Shown piece after piece: positions 32,601-46,240 of a stretch of 64,000 bases of DNA. The stretch is from Squalus acanthias. Lineage: Eukaryota. Positions within the stretch are counted from its first letter, which is position 1; each line of letters begins with the position of its first letter. The DNA lies in contig CM059433.1 in the NCBI GenBank assembly GCA_030390025.1, positions 22,322,001 through 22,386,000 on the forward strand, in the 5' to 3' direction. A program made the position numbers and the translations under genes. The notes under the pieces were generated by a model. That model was not told where the DNA came from, ran no database searches, and saw only the letters and a program-made list of their open reading frames with translations.

Positions 32601-35600
32601 GTGAGTGATGGGGTATAGTGTGAGTGACGAGGGTATAGTGTGAGTGACAAGGGTATAGTGTGAGTGATGGGGTATAGTGTGAGTGATGGGGTATAGTGTG
32701 AGTGATGGGGTATAGTGTGAGTGATGGGGTATAGTGTGAGTGATGGGGTATAGTGTGAGGCCCCTGGGTATAGTGTGAGTGATGGGGTATAGTGTGAGTG
32801 ACGGGGTATAGTGTGAGTGATGGGGTATAGTGTGAGTGACGAGGGTATAGTGTGAGTGACGGGGTATAGTGTGAGTGATGGGGTATAGTGTGAGTGACGA
32901 GGGTATAGTGTGAGTGATGGGGTATAGTGTGAGTGACGAGGGTATAGTGTGAGTGATGGGGTATAGTGTGAGTGACGAGGGTATAGTGTGAGTGACGAGG
33001 GTATAGTGTGAGTGATGGGGTATAGTGTGAGTAACGAGGGTATAGTGTGAGGTCCCTGGGTATAGTGTGAGGCCCCTGGGTATAGTGTGATTGACGGGGT
33101 ATAGTGTGAGTGATGGGGTATAGTGTGAGTGACGGGGTATAGTGTGATTGACGGGGTATAGTGTGAGTGATGGGGTATAGTGTGCGTGACGGGGTATAGT
33201 GTGAGGCCCCTGGGTATAGTGTGAGGCCCCTGGGTATAGTGTGATTGACGGGGTATAGTGTGAGTAACGAGGGTATAGTGTGAGTGATGGGGTATAGTGT
33301 GAGTGATGGGGTATAGTGTGAGGGCACTGGGTATAGTGTGAGTGACGAGGGTATAGTGTGAGTGATGGGGTATAGTGTGAGTGACGGGGTTTAGTGTGAG
33401 TGATGGGGTATAGTGTGAGTGACGGGGTATAGTGTGAGTGATGGGGTATAGTGTGAGTGACGGGGTATCGTGTGAGTGATGGGTTATAGTGTGAGTGACG
33501 GGATATAGTGTGAGTAATGGGGTATAGTGTGAGTGACGGGGTATAGTGTGAGTGATGGGGTATAGTGTGAGTGACGGGGTATAGTGTGAGTGATAGGGTA
33601 TAGTGTGAGTGACGAGGGTATAGTGTGAATGATGGGGTATAGTGTGAGTGACGAGGGTATAGTGTGAGTGACGAGGGTATAGTGTGAGTGACGGGGTATA
33701 GTGTGAGTGATGGGGTATAGTGTGACTGACGGGGTATAGTGTGAGTGATGGGGTATAGTGTGAGTGATGAGGGTATAGTGTGAGTGATGGGGTATAGTGT
33801 GAGTGACGAGGGTATAGTGTGAGTGACGGGGTATAGTGTGAGTGATGGGGTATAGTGTGAGTGACGGGGTATAGTGTGAGTGACGAGGGTATAGTGTGAG
33901 TGATGGGGTATAGTGTGAGTGATGGGGTATAGTGTGAGTGACGGGGTATAGTGTGTGTGATGTGGTATCGTGTGAGTGACGGGGTATAGTGTGAGTGATG
34001 GGGTATAGTGTGAGTGATGGGGTATAGTGTGAGTGACGGGGTATAGTGTGAGTGATGGGGTATAGTGTGAGTGACGGGGTTTACTGTGAGTGATGGGGTA
34101 TCGTGTGAGTGACGGGGTATAGTGTGTGTGATGGTGTATCGTGTGAGTGACGGGGTATAGTGTGAGTGATGGGGTATAGTGTGAGTGATGGGGTATAGTG
34201 TGAGTGACGAGGGTATAGTGTGAGTGACGAGGGTATAGTGTGAGTGATGAGGGTATAGTGTGAGTGACGAGGGTATAGTGTGAGTGACGAGGGTATAGTG
34301 TGAGTGACGAGGGTATACTGTGAGTGATGGGGTATAGTGTGAGTGACGGGGTATAGTATGAGTGACGAGGGTATAGTGTGAGTGACGAGGGTATAGTGTG
34401 AGTGATGGGGTATAGTGTGAGTGATGAGGTATAGCGTGACTGACGGGGTATAGTGTGAGTGATGGGGTAAAGTGTGAGTGATGGGGTATAGTGTGACTGA
34501 CGGGGTATAGTGTGAGTGATGGGGTATAGTGTGAGTGATGAGGGTATAGTGTGAGTGATGGGGTATAGTGTGAGTGATGAGGGTATAGTGTGAGTGATGG
34601 GGTATAGTGTGAGTGACGAGGGTATAGTGTGAGTGACGGGGTATAGTGTGAGTGACGGGGTATAGTGTGAGTGATGGGGTATAGTGTGAGGCCCCTGGGT
34701 ATAGTGTGAGTGATGGGGTATAGTGTGAGTGATGGGGTATAGTGTGAGTGACGAGGGTATAGTGTGAGTGACGAGGGTATAGTGGGAGTGATGGGGTATA
34801 GTGTGAGTGATGGGGTATAGTGTGAGTGACGGGGTATAGTGTGAGTGACGGGGTATAGTGTGAGTGACGGGGTATAGTGTGAGTGACGGGGTATAGTGTG
34901 AGTGATGGGGTATAGTGTGAGTGACGGGGTATAGTGTGAGTGACGGGGTATAGTGTGAGTGATGGGGTATAGTGTGAGTGACGGGGGTATAGTGTGAGTG
35001 ACGGGGTATATTGTGAGTGACGAGGGTATAGTGTGAGTGATGGGGTATAGTGTGAGTAACGAGGGTATAGTGTGAGGACCCTGGGTATAGTGTGAGGCCC
35101 CTGGGTATAGTGTGATTCACGGGGTATAGTGTGAGTAACGAGGGTATAGTGTGAGTGTCGAGGGTATAGTGTGAGTGATGGGGTATAGTGTGAGTGATGG
35201 GGTATAGTGTGAGTGATGGGGTATAGTGTGAGTGACGGGGTATAGTGTGAGTGACGGGGTATATTGTGAGTGACGGGGTATAGTGTGAGTGACGGGGTAT
35301 AGTGTGAGTGACGGGGTATATTGTGAGTGACGGGGTATAGTGTGAGTGATGGGGTATAGTGTGAGTGACGAGGGTATAGTGTGAGGCCCCTGGGTATAGT
35401 GTGAGGCCCCTGGGTATAGTGTGATTGACGGGGTATAGTGTGAGTAACGAGGGTATAGTGTGAGTGACGAGGGTATAGTGTGAGTGATGGGGTATAGTGT
35501 GAGTGACGGGGTATAGTGTGAGTGATGGGGTATAGTGTGAGTGATGGGGTATAGTGTGAGTAACGAGGGTATAGTGTGAGTGACGAGGGTATAGCGTGAG

Positions 35601-38600
35601 TGATGGGGTATAGTGTGAGTGATGGGGTATAGTGTGAGTGACGGGGTATAGTGTGAGTGATGGGGTATAGTGTGAGTGATGGGGTATAGTGTGATTGACG
35701 GGGTATAGTGTGAGTGACGAGGGTATAGTGTGATTGACGGGGTATAGTGTGAGTGACGAGGGTATAGTGTGAGTGACGGGGTATAGTGTGAGTGATGGGG
35801 TATAGTGTGAGTGACGAGGGTATAGTATGAGTGATGGGGTATAGTGTGAGTGATGGGGTATAGTGTGAGTGACGGGGTATAGTGTGAGTGATGGGGTATA
35901 GTGTGAGTGATGGGGTATAGTGTGATTGACGGGGTATAGTGTGAGTGACGAGGGTATAGTGTGATTGACGAGGGTATAGTGTGAGTGACGAGGGTATAGT
36001 GTGAGTGACGAGGGTATAGTGTGAGTGACGAGGGTGTAGTGTGAGTGACGAGGGTATAGTGTGAGTGACGAGGGTATAGTGTGAGGCCCCTGGGTGTAGT
36101 GTGAGGCCTCTGGGTATAGTGTGAGGCCCCTGGGTATAGTGTGAGGCCCCTGGGTATAGTGTGAGGCCCCTGGGTATAGTGTGATTTACGGGGTATAGTG
36201 TGAGTGACGAGGGTATAGTGTGAGTGATGGGGTATAGTGTGAGGGACTAGGGTATAGTGTGAATGACGAGGGTATAGTGTGAGTGACGAGGGTATAGTGT
36301 GAGTGACGAGGATATAGTGTGAGTGATGGGGTATAGTGTGAGGGACTAGGGTATAGTGTGAGTGACGAGGGTAAAGTGTGAGTGACGAGGGTATACTGTG
36401 AGTGACGGGGGTATAGTGTGAGTGACGAGGGTATAGTGTGAGGCCCCTGGGTATAGTGTGAGGCCTCTGGGTATAGTGTGAGTGACGGGGTATAGTGTGA
36501 GTGCCGAGGGTATAGTGTGAGGCCCCTGGGTATAGTGTGAGGCCCCTGGGTATAGTGTGAGGCCCCTGGGTATAGTGTGAGTGACGAGGGTATAGTGTGA
36601 GGCCCCTGGGTATACTGTGATTGACGGGATATAGTGTGAGGCCCCTGGGTATAGTGTGAGGCCCCTGGGTATAGTGTGAGTGACGGGGTATAGTGTGAGT
36701 GACGGGGGTATAGTGTGAGTGACGAGGGTATAGCGTGAGTGATGGGGGTATAGTGTGAGTGACGAGGGTATAGTGTGAGTGATGGGGTATAGTGTGAGTG
36801 TTGGGGTATAGTGTGAGTGATGGGGTATAGTGTGAGTGACGAGGGTATAGTGTGAGTGACGAGGGTATAGTGTGAGTGATGGGGTATAGTGTGAGTGATG
36901 GGGTATAGTGTGACTGATGGGGTATAGTGTGAGTGACGAGGGTATAGTGTGACTGATGGGGTATAGTGCGAGTGATGGGGTATAGTGTGAGTGATGGGGT
37001 ATAGTGTGAGTGACTAGGGCACAGTGTGAGTGATGGGGTACAGTGTGAGGGACCAGGGTATAGTGTGAGGCCCCTGGGTATAGTGTGTGGGACCAGGGCA
37101 TAGTGTGAGGGACCAGGGTATAGTGTGAGTGACAGGGTATACTGTGAGGGATGATGGCATAGTGTGTGGCACAAGGGTATAGTGTGTGGGACCAGAGTAT
37201 AGTGTGAGGGACCAGGGTATAGTGTGTGGGACCAGGGTATAGTGTGTGGGACCAGGATATAGTGTGTGGGACCAGGGTATAATGTGTGGGACCAGGGTAT
37301 AGTGTGTGGGACCAGGGTATAGTGTGTGGGACCAGGGTATAGTGTGTGGGACCAGGGTATAATGTGTGGGACCAGGGTATAGTGTGTGGGACCAGGGTGT
37401 AGTGTGTGGGACTAGTGTATAGTGTGTGGGACCAGTGTATAGTGTGAGGGACCAGGGTATAGTGTGAGTGACGAGGGTATAGTGTGAGTGATGCGGGTAT
37501 AGTGTGAGTGATGGGTTATAGTGTGAGTGACGGGGTATAGTGTGAGTGATGGGGTATAGTGTGAGTGAGGAGGGTATAGTGTGAGTGATGGGTTATAGTG
37601 TGAGTGACGGGGTATAGTGTGAGTGATGGGGTATAGTGTGAGTGACGGGGTATAGTGTGAGTAATGGGGTATAGTGTGAGTGACGGGGTATAAGGTGAGT
37701 GATGGGGTATAGTGTGAGTGACGGGGTATAGTGTGAGTGATGGGGTATAGTGTGAGGACCCTGGGTATAGTGTGAGTGATGGGGTATAGTGTGAGTGACG
37801 AGGGTATAGTGTGAGTGATGGGGTATAGTGTGAGTGACGAGGGTATATTGTGCGTGACGAGGGTATAGTGTGAGTGATGGGGTATAGTGTGAGTGACGGG
37901 GTATAGTGTGAGTGATGGGGTATCGTGTGAGTGACGGGGTATAGTGTGAGTGATGGGGTATAGTGTGAGTGATGGGGTATAGTGTGAGTGACGGGGGTAT
38001 AGTGTGAGTGACGAGGGTATAGTGTGAGTGACGAGGGTATAGTGTGAGTGACGAGGGTATAGTGTGAGTGACGAGGGTATAGTGTGAGTGACGAGGGTGT
38101 AGTGTGAGTGACGGGGGTATAGTGTGAGTGACGAGGGTATAGTGTGAGGCCCCTGGGTATAGTGTGATTGATGGGGTATAGTGTGAGTCCCTGGGTATAG
38201 TGTGATTGATAGGGTATAGTGTGAGGCCCCTGGGTATAGTGTGATGTGTGATTGATGGGGTATAGTGTGAGGCCCCTGGGTATAGTGTGAGGCCCCTGGG
38301 TATAGTGTGATTGACGGGGTATAGTGTGATGCCCCTGGGTATAGTGTGAGGCCCCTGGGTATAGTGTGATTGACGAGGGTATAGTGTGAGGCCCCTGGGT
38401 ATAGTGTGATTGACGGGGTATAGTGTGATGCCCCTGGGTATAGTGTGAGGCCCCTGGGTATAGTGTGAGGCCCCTGGGTATAGTGTGATTGACGGGGTAT
38501 AGTGTGAGGACCCTGGGTATAGTGTGAGTGATGGGGTATAGTGTGAGTGATGGGGTATAGTGTGACTGACGGGGTATAGTGTGAGTGATGGGGTATAGTG

Positions 38601-41600
38601 TGAGTGATGAGGGTATAGTGTGAGTGATGGGGTATAGTGTGAGTGATGAGGGTATAGTGTGAGTGATGGGGTATAGTGTGAGTGATGGGGTATAGTGTGA
38701 GTGACGGGGTATAGTGTGAGTGACGAGGGTATAGTGTGAGTGACGAGGGTATAGTGTGAGTGATGGGGTATAGTGTGAGTGACGGGGTATAGTGTGAGTG
38801 ACGAGGGTATAGTGTGAGTGATGGGGTATAGTGTGAGTGACGGGGTATAGTGTGAGTGACGAGGGTATAGTGTGAGTGATGGGGTATAGTGTGAGTGACG
38901 AGGGTATAGTGTGAGTGACGGGGTATAGTGTGAGTGACGAGGGTATAGTGTGAGTGACCTGGTATAGTGTGAGTGACGGGGTATAGTGTGAGTGATGGGG
39001 TATAGTGTGAGTGACGAGGTTATAGTGTGAGTGACGGGGTATAGTGTGAGTGATGGGGTATAGTGTGAGTGACGGGGTATAGTGTGAGTGACGGGGTATA
39101 GTGTGAGTGATGGGGTATAGTGTGAGTGACGGGGTATAGTGTGAGTGATGGGGTATAGTGTGAGTGACGAGGGTATAGTGTGAGTGATGGGGTATAGTGT
39201 GAGTGATGGGGTATAGTGTGAGTGACGGGGGTATAGTGTGAGTGACGGGGTATATTGTGAGTGACGGGGTATAGTGTGAGTGATGGGGTATAGTGTGAGT
39301 GACGAGGGTATAGTGTGAGTGACCTGGTATAGTGTGAGTGACGGGGTATAGTGTGAGTGATGGGGTATAGTGTGAGTGACGAGGGTATAGTGTGAGGACC
39401 CTGGGTATAGTGTGAGGCCCCTGGGTATAGTGTGATTGACGGGGTATAGTGTGAGTAACGAGGGTATAGTGTGAGTGACGAGGGTATAGTGTGAGTGATG
39501 GGGTATAGTGTGAGTGACGGGGTATAGTGTGAGTGATGGGGTATAGTGTGAGTGACGAGGGTATAGTGTGAGTGACGAGGGTATAGTGTGAGTGACGAGG
39601 GTATAGTGTGATTGACGGGGTATAGTGTGAGTGACGAGGGTATAGTGTGAGTGACGAGGGTATAGTGTGAGTGATGGGGTATAGTGTGAGTGACGAGGGT
39701 ATAGTGTGAGTGATGGGGTATAGTGTGAGGCCCCTGGGTATAGTGTGAGTGACGGGGTATAGTGTGAGTGATGGGGTATAGTGTGAGTGACGAGGGTATA
39801 GTGTGAGTGATGGGGTATAGTGTGAGTGACGGGGTATAGTGTGAGTGATGGGGTATAGTGTGAGGCCCCTGGGTATAGTGTGAGTGATGGGGTATAGTGT
39901 GAGTGATGGGGTATACTGTGAGTGACGAGGGTATAGTGTGAGTGATGGGGTATAGTGTGAGTGACGAGGGTATAGTGTGAGTGACGAGGGTATAGTGTGA
40001 GTGATGGGTTATAGTGTGAGTGACGGGGTATAGTGTGAGTGATGGGGTATAGTGTGAGTGATGGGGTTTAGTGTGAGTGATGGGGTATAGTGTGAGTGAT
40101 GGGGTATAGTGTGAGTGATGGGGTTTAGTGTGAGGCCCCTGGGTATAGTGAGAGTGACGGGGGTACAGTGTGAGTGACGAGGGTATAGTGTGAGTGACGA
40201 GGGTATAGTGTGAGTGACGAGGGTATAGTGTGAGTGACGAGGGTATAGTGTGAGTGACGAGGGTGTAGTGTGAGTGACGGGGGTATAGTGTGAGTGACGA
40301 GGGTATAGTGTGAGGCCCCTGGGTGTAGTGTGAGGCCTCTGGGTATAGTGTGAGGCCCCTGGGTATAGTGTGAGGCCCCTGGGTATAGTGTGAGGCCCCT
40401 GGGTATAGTGTGAGGCCCCTGGGTATAGTGTGATTTACGGGGTATAGTGTGAGTGACGAGGGTATAGTGTGAGTGATGGGGTATAGTGTGAGGGAGTAGG
40501 GTATAGTGTGAATGACGAGGGTATAGTGTGAGTGACGAGGGTATAGTGTGAGTGACGAGGATATAGTGTGAGTGATGGGGTATAGTGTGAGTGATGAGGG
40601 TATAGTGTGAGTGATGGGGTATAGTGTGAGTGATGGGGTATAGTGTGAGTGACGGGGTATAGTGTGAGTGACGAGGGTATAGTGTGAGTGACGAGGGTAT
40701 AGTGTGAGTGATGGGGTATAGTGTGAGTGACGGGGTATAGTGTGAGTGACGAGGGTATAGTGTGAGTGATGGGGTATAGTGTGAGTGATGGGGTATAGTG
40801 TGAGTGACGAGGGTATAGTGTGAGTGATGGGGTATAGTGTGAGTGATGGGGTATAGTGTGAGTGACGGGGGTATAGTGTGAGTGACGGGGTATATTGTGA
40901 GTGACGGGGTATAGTGTGAGTGATGGGGTATAGTGTGAGTGACGAGGGTATAGTGTGAGTGACCTGGTATAGTGTGAGTGACGGGGTATAGTGTGAGTGA
41001 TGGGGTATAGTGTGAGTGACGAGGGTATAGTGTGAGGACCCTGGGTATAGTGTGAGGCCCCTGGGTATAGTGTGATTGACGGGGTATAGTGTGAGTAACG
41101 AGGGTATAGTGTGAGTGACGAGGGTATAGTGTGAGTGATGGGGTATAGTGTGAGTGACGGGGTATAGTGTGAGTGATGGGGTATAGTGTGAGTGACGAGG
41201 GTATAGTGTGATTGACGGGGTATAGTGTGAGTGACGAGGGTATAGTGTGAGTGACGAGGGTATAGTGTGAGTGATGGGGTATAGTGTGAGTGACGAGGGT
41301 ATAGTGTGAGTGATGGGGTATAGTGTGAGGCCCCTGGGTATAGTGTGAGTGACGGGGTATAGTGTGAGTGATGGGGTATAGTGTGAGTGACGAGGGTATA
41401 GTGTGAGTGATGGGGTATAGTGTGAGTGACGGGGTATAGTGTGAGTGATGGGGTATAGTGTGAGGCCCCTGGGTATAGTGTGAGTGATGGGGTATAGTGT
41501 GAGTGATGGGGTATACTGTGAGTGACGAGGGTATAGTGTGAGTGATGGGGTATAGTGTGAGTAACGAGGGTATAGTGTGAGTGACGAGGGTATAGTGTGA

Positions 41601-43831
41601 GTGATGGGTTATAGTGTGAGTGACGGGGTATAGTGTGAGTGATGGGGTATAGTGTGAGTGATGGGGTATAGTGTGAGTGATGGGGTATAGTGTGAGTGAT
41701 GGGGTATAGTGTGAGTGATGGGGTTTAGTGTGAGGCCCCTGGGTATAGTGAGAGTGACGGGGGTACAGTGTGAGTGACGAGGGTATAGTGTGAGTGACGA
41801 GGGTATAGTGTGAGTGACGAGGGTATAGTGTGAGTGACGAGGGTATAGTGTGAGTGACGAGGGTGTAGTGTGAGTGACGAGGGTATAGTGTGAGGCCCCT
41901 GGGTGTAGTGTGAGGCCTCTGGGTATAGTGTGAGGCCCCTGGGTATAGTGTGAGGCCCCTGGGTATAGTGTGAGGCCCCTGGGTATAGTGTGAGTGATGG
42001 GGTATAGTGTGAGTGCCGAGGGTATAGTGTGAGGCCCCTGGGTATAGTGTGAGGCCTCTGGGTATAGTGTGATTTACGGGGTATAGTGTGAGTGACGAGG
42101 GTATAGTGTGAGTGACGAGGGTATAGTGTGAGTGACGAGGGTAAAGTGTGAGTGACGAGGGTATACTGTGAGTGACGGGGGTATAGTGTGAGGCCCCTGG
42201 GTATAGTGTGAGGCCTCTGGGTATAGTGTGAGTGACGGGGTATAGTGTGAGTGCCGAGGGTATAGTGTGAGGCCCCTGGGTATAGTGTGAGGCCTCTGGG
42301 TATAGTGTGAGTGATGGGGTATAGTGTGAGTGCCGAGGGTATAGTGTGAGGCCCCTGGGTATAGTGTGAGGCCCCTGGGTATAGTGTGAGGCCCCTGGGT
42401 ATAGTGTGAGTGACGGGGGTATAGTGTGAGTGACGGGGTATAGTGTGAGGGCCCTGGGTATAGTGTGAGGCCCCTGGGTATAGTGTGATTGACGGGGTAT
42501 AGTGTGAGTGACGGGGGTATAGTGTGAGTGACGAGGGTATAGTGTGAGTGATGGGGGTATAGTGTGAGTGACGAGGGTATAGTGTGAGTGATGGGGTATA
42601 ATCTGAGTGTTGGGGTATAGTGTGAGTGATGGGGTATAGTGTGAGTGACGAGGGTATAGTGTGAGTGATGAGGGTATACTGTGAGTGACGAGGGTATAGT
42701 GTGAGTGACGAGGGTATAGTGTGAGTGATGGGGTATAGTGTGAGTGATGGGGTATAGTGTGACTGATGGGGTATAGTGTGAGTGACGAGGGTATAGTGTG
42801 ACTGATGGGGTATAGTGCGAGTGATGGGGTATAGTGTGAGTGATGGGGTATAGTGTGAGTGCCTAGGGTATAGTGTGAGTGATGGGGTACAGTGTGAGGG
42901 ACCAGGGTATAGTGTGAGGCCCCTGGGTATAGTGTGTGGGACCAGGGCATAGTGTGAGGGACCAGGGTATAGTGTGAGTGACGGGGTATACTGTGAGGGA
43001 TGATGGCATAGTGTGTGGCACAAGGGTATAGTGTGAGGGACCAGAGTATAGTGTGAGGGACCAGGGTATAGTGTGTTTGACCAGGGTATAGTGTGTGGGA
43101 CCAGGGTATAGTGTGTGGGACCAGGGTATAATGTGTGGGACCAGGGTATAGTGTGTGGGACCAGGGTATAGTGTGTGGGACCAGGGTATAGTGTGTGGGA
43201 CCAGGGTATAATGTGTGGGACCAGGGTATAGTGTGTGGGACCAGGGTGTAGTGTGTGGGACCAGGGTATAGTGTGTGGGACCAGTGTGTAGTGTGAGGGA
43301 CCAGGGTATAGTGTGTGGGACCAGGGTATAGTGTGTGGGACCAGGGTATAGTGTGTGGGACCAGGGTATAGTGTGTGGGACCAGGGTATAGTGTGTGGGA
43401 CCAGGGTATAGTGTGAGGGACCAGGGTATAGTGTGAGAGACCAGTGTATAGTGTGAGGGACCAGGGTATAGTGTGTGGTACCAGGGTATAGTGTGAGGCA
43501 CCAGGGTATAGTGTGAGGGACCAGGGTATAGTGTGTGGTACCAGGGTATAGTGTGAGGCACCAGGGTATAGTGTGAGGGACCATTGTATAGTGTGAGGGA
43601 CCAGGGTATAGTGTGAGGGACCAGGGTATAGTGTGTGGGACCAGGGTATAGTGTGAGGGACCAGGGTATAGTGTGAGGGACCAGGGTATAGTGTGAGGGA
43701 CCAGGGTATAGTGTGTGGGACCAGGGTATAGTGTGAGGGACTAGGGTATAGTGTGAGAGACTTGGGTATATTGTGAAGCCCCTGGGTATAGTGTGAGTGA
43801 CGGGGTATAGTGTGAGACCCCTGTGTATAGT

Positions 43832-43952
43832 GTTCTGAGCACAGATTCTGTATCTCTTTACTTCACCCGACGAAGGAGTAGTAACTCCGAAAGCTTGTGA
43901 TTTCAAATAAAACTGTTGCACTATAACCTGGTGTTGTGCGACTTCTCAATTT
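43832..43952 (+). mobile_element. Penelope-like terminal fragment with hammerhead-like motif, inside the satellite
   Basis: CCGACGA-A-GGAGT-AGTA-ACTCC-GAAAGCTT followed by AAATAAAACTGTT..ACTATAACCTGGTGTTGTG. Confidence 0.65.
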
Positions 43953-46118
43953 TGGGTATAATGTGAGTGACGAGGGTATAGTGTGAGGCCCCTGGGTATA
44001 GTGTGATTGACGGGGTATAGTGTGAGGACCCTGGGTATAGTGTGAGTGATGGGGTATAGTGTGAGTGATGGGGTATAGTGTGACTGACGGGGTATAGTGT
44101 GAGTGATGGGGTATAGTGTGAGTGATGAGGGTATAGTGTGAGTGATGGGGTATAGTGTGAGTGATGAGGGTATAGTGTGAGTGATGGGGTATAGTGTGAG
44201 TGATGGGGTATAGTGTGAGTGACGGGGTATAGTGTGAGTGACGAGGGTATAGTGTGAGTGACGAGGGTATAGTGTGAGTGATGGGGTATAGTGTGAGTGA
44301 CGGGGTATAGTGTGAGTGACGAGGGTATAGTGTGAGTGATGGGGTATAGTGTGAGTGACGGGGTATAGTGTGAGTGACGAGGGTATAGTGTGAGTGATGG
44401 GGTATAGTGTGAGTGACGAGGGTATAGTGTGAGTGACGGGGTATAGTGTGAGTGACGAGGGTATAGTGTGAGTGACCTGGTATAGTGTGAGTGACGGGGT
44501 ATAGTGTGAGTGATGGGGTATAGTGTGAGTGACGAGGTTATAGTGTGAGTGACGGGGTATAGTGTGAGTGATGGGGTATAGTGTGAGTGACGGGGTATAG
44601 TGTGAGTGACGGGGTATAGTGTGAGTGATGGGGTATAGTGTGAGTGACGGGGTATAGTGTGAGTGATGGGGTATAGTGTGAGTGACGAGGGTATAGTGTG
44701 AGTGATGGGGTATAGTGTGAGTGATGGGGTATAGTGTGAGTGACGGGGGTATAGTGTGAGTGACGGGGTATATTGTGAGTGACGGGGTATAGTGTGAGTG
44801 ATGGGGTATAGTGTGAGTGACGAGGGTATAGTGTGAGTGACCTGGTATAGTGTGAGTGACGGGGTATAGTGTGAGTGATGGGGTATAGTGTGAGTGACGG
44901 GGGTATAGTGTGAGTGACGAGGGTATAGTGTGAGTGATGGGGTATAGTGTGAGTGTTGGGGTATAGTGTGAGTGATGGGGTATAGTGTGAGTGACGAGGG
45001 TATAGTGTGAGTGATGAGAGTATAGTGTGAGTGACGAGGGTATAGTGTGAGTGACGAGGGTATAGTGTGAGTGATGGGGTATAGTGTGAGTGATGGGGTA
45101 TAGTGTGAGTGATGGGGTATAGTGTGAGTGACTAGGGTATAGTGTGAGTGATGGGGTACAGTGTGAGGGACCATGGTATAGTGTGAGGCCCCTGGGTATA
45201 GTGTGTCGGACCAGGGCATAGTTTGAGGGACCAGGGTATAGTGTGAGTGACGGGGTATACTGTGAGGGATGATGGCATAGTGTGTGGCACCAGGGTATAG
45301 TGTGTGGGACCAGGGTATAGTGTGAGGGACCAGGGTATAATGTGTGGGACCAGGGTATAGTGTGTGGGACCAGGGTGTAGTGTGTGGGACCAGGGTATAA
45401 TGTGTGGGACCAGGGTATAGTGTGTGGGACCAGGGTATAATGTGTGGCACCAGGGTATAGTGTGTGGGACCAGGGTATAGTGTGTGGGACCAGGGTATAG
45501 TGTGAGGGACCAGGGTATAATGTGTGGGACCAGGGTATAGTGTGAGAGACCAGTGTATAGTGTGAGGGACCAGGGTATAGTGTGAGGCACCAGTGTATAG
45601 TGTGAGGGACCAGGGTATAGTGTGAGAGACCAGGGTATAGTGTGTGGTACCAGGGTATAGTGTGAGGGACCAGGGTATAGTGTGAGAGACCAGGGTATAG
45701 TGTGTGGTACCAGGGTATAGTGTGTGGGACCAGGGTATAGTGTGAGGGACCAGGGTATAGTGTGAGGGACCAGGGTATAGTGTGAGGGACCAGGGTATAG
45801 TGTGTGGGACCAGGGTATAGTGTGAGGGACCAGGGTATAGTGTGTGGGACCAGGGTATAGTGTGAGGGACTAGGGTATAATGTGTGGGACCAGGGTATAG
45901 TGTGAGGGACCAGGGTATAATGTGAGGGACCAGGATATAGTGTGAGAGATTAGGGTATTGTGTGAAGCCCCTGGGTATAGTGTGAGTGACGAGGATATAG
46001 TGTGAGGGACCAGGGTATAGTGTGAGGCCCCTGGGTATAGTGTGAGTGATGGGGTATAGTTTGAGTGATGGGGTATAGTGTGAGTGACGGGGTATAGTGT
46101 GAGACCCCTGTGTATAGT

Positions 46119-46240
46119 GTTCTGAGCACAGATTCTGTATCTCTTTACTTCACCCGACGAAGGAGTAGTAACTCCGAAAGCTTGTGATTTCAAATAAAAC
46201 TGTTGGACTATAACCTGGTGTTGTGCGACTTCTCAATTTT
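46119..46240 (+). mobile_element. Duplicate of the 43832-43952 Penelope-like fragment
   Basis: Near-identical sequence with the same satellite junctions, 2287 bp downstream. Confidence 0.65.
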
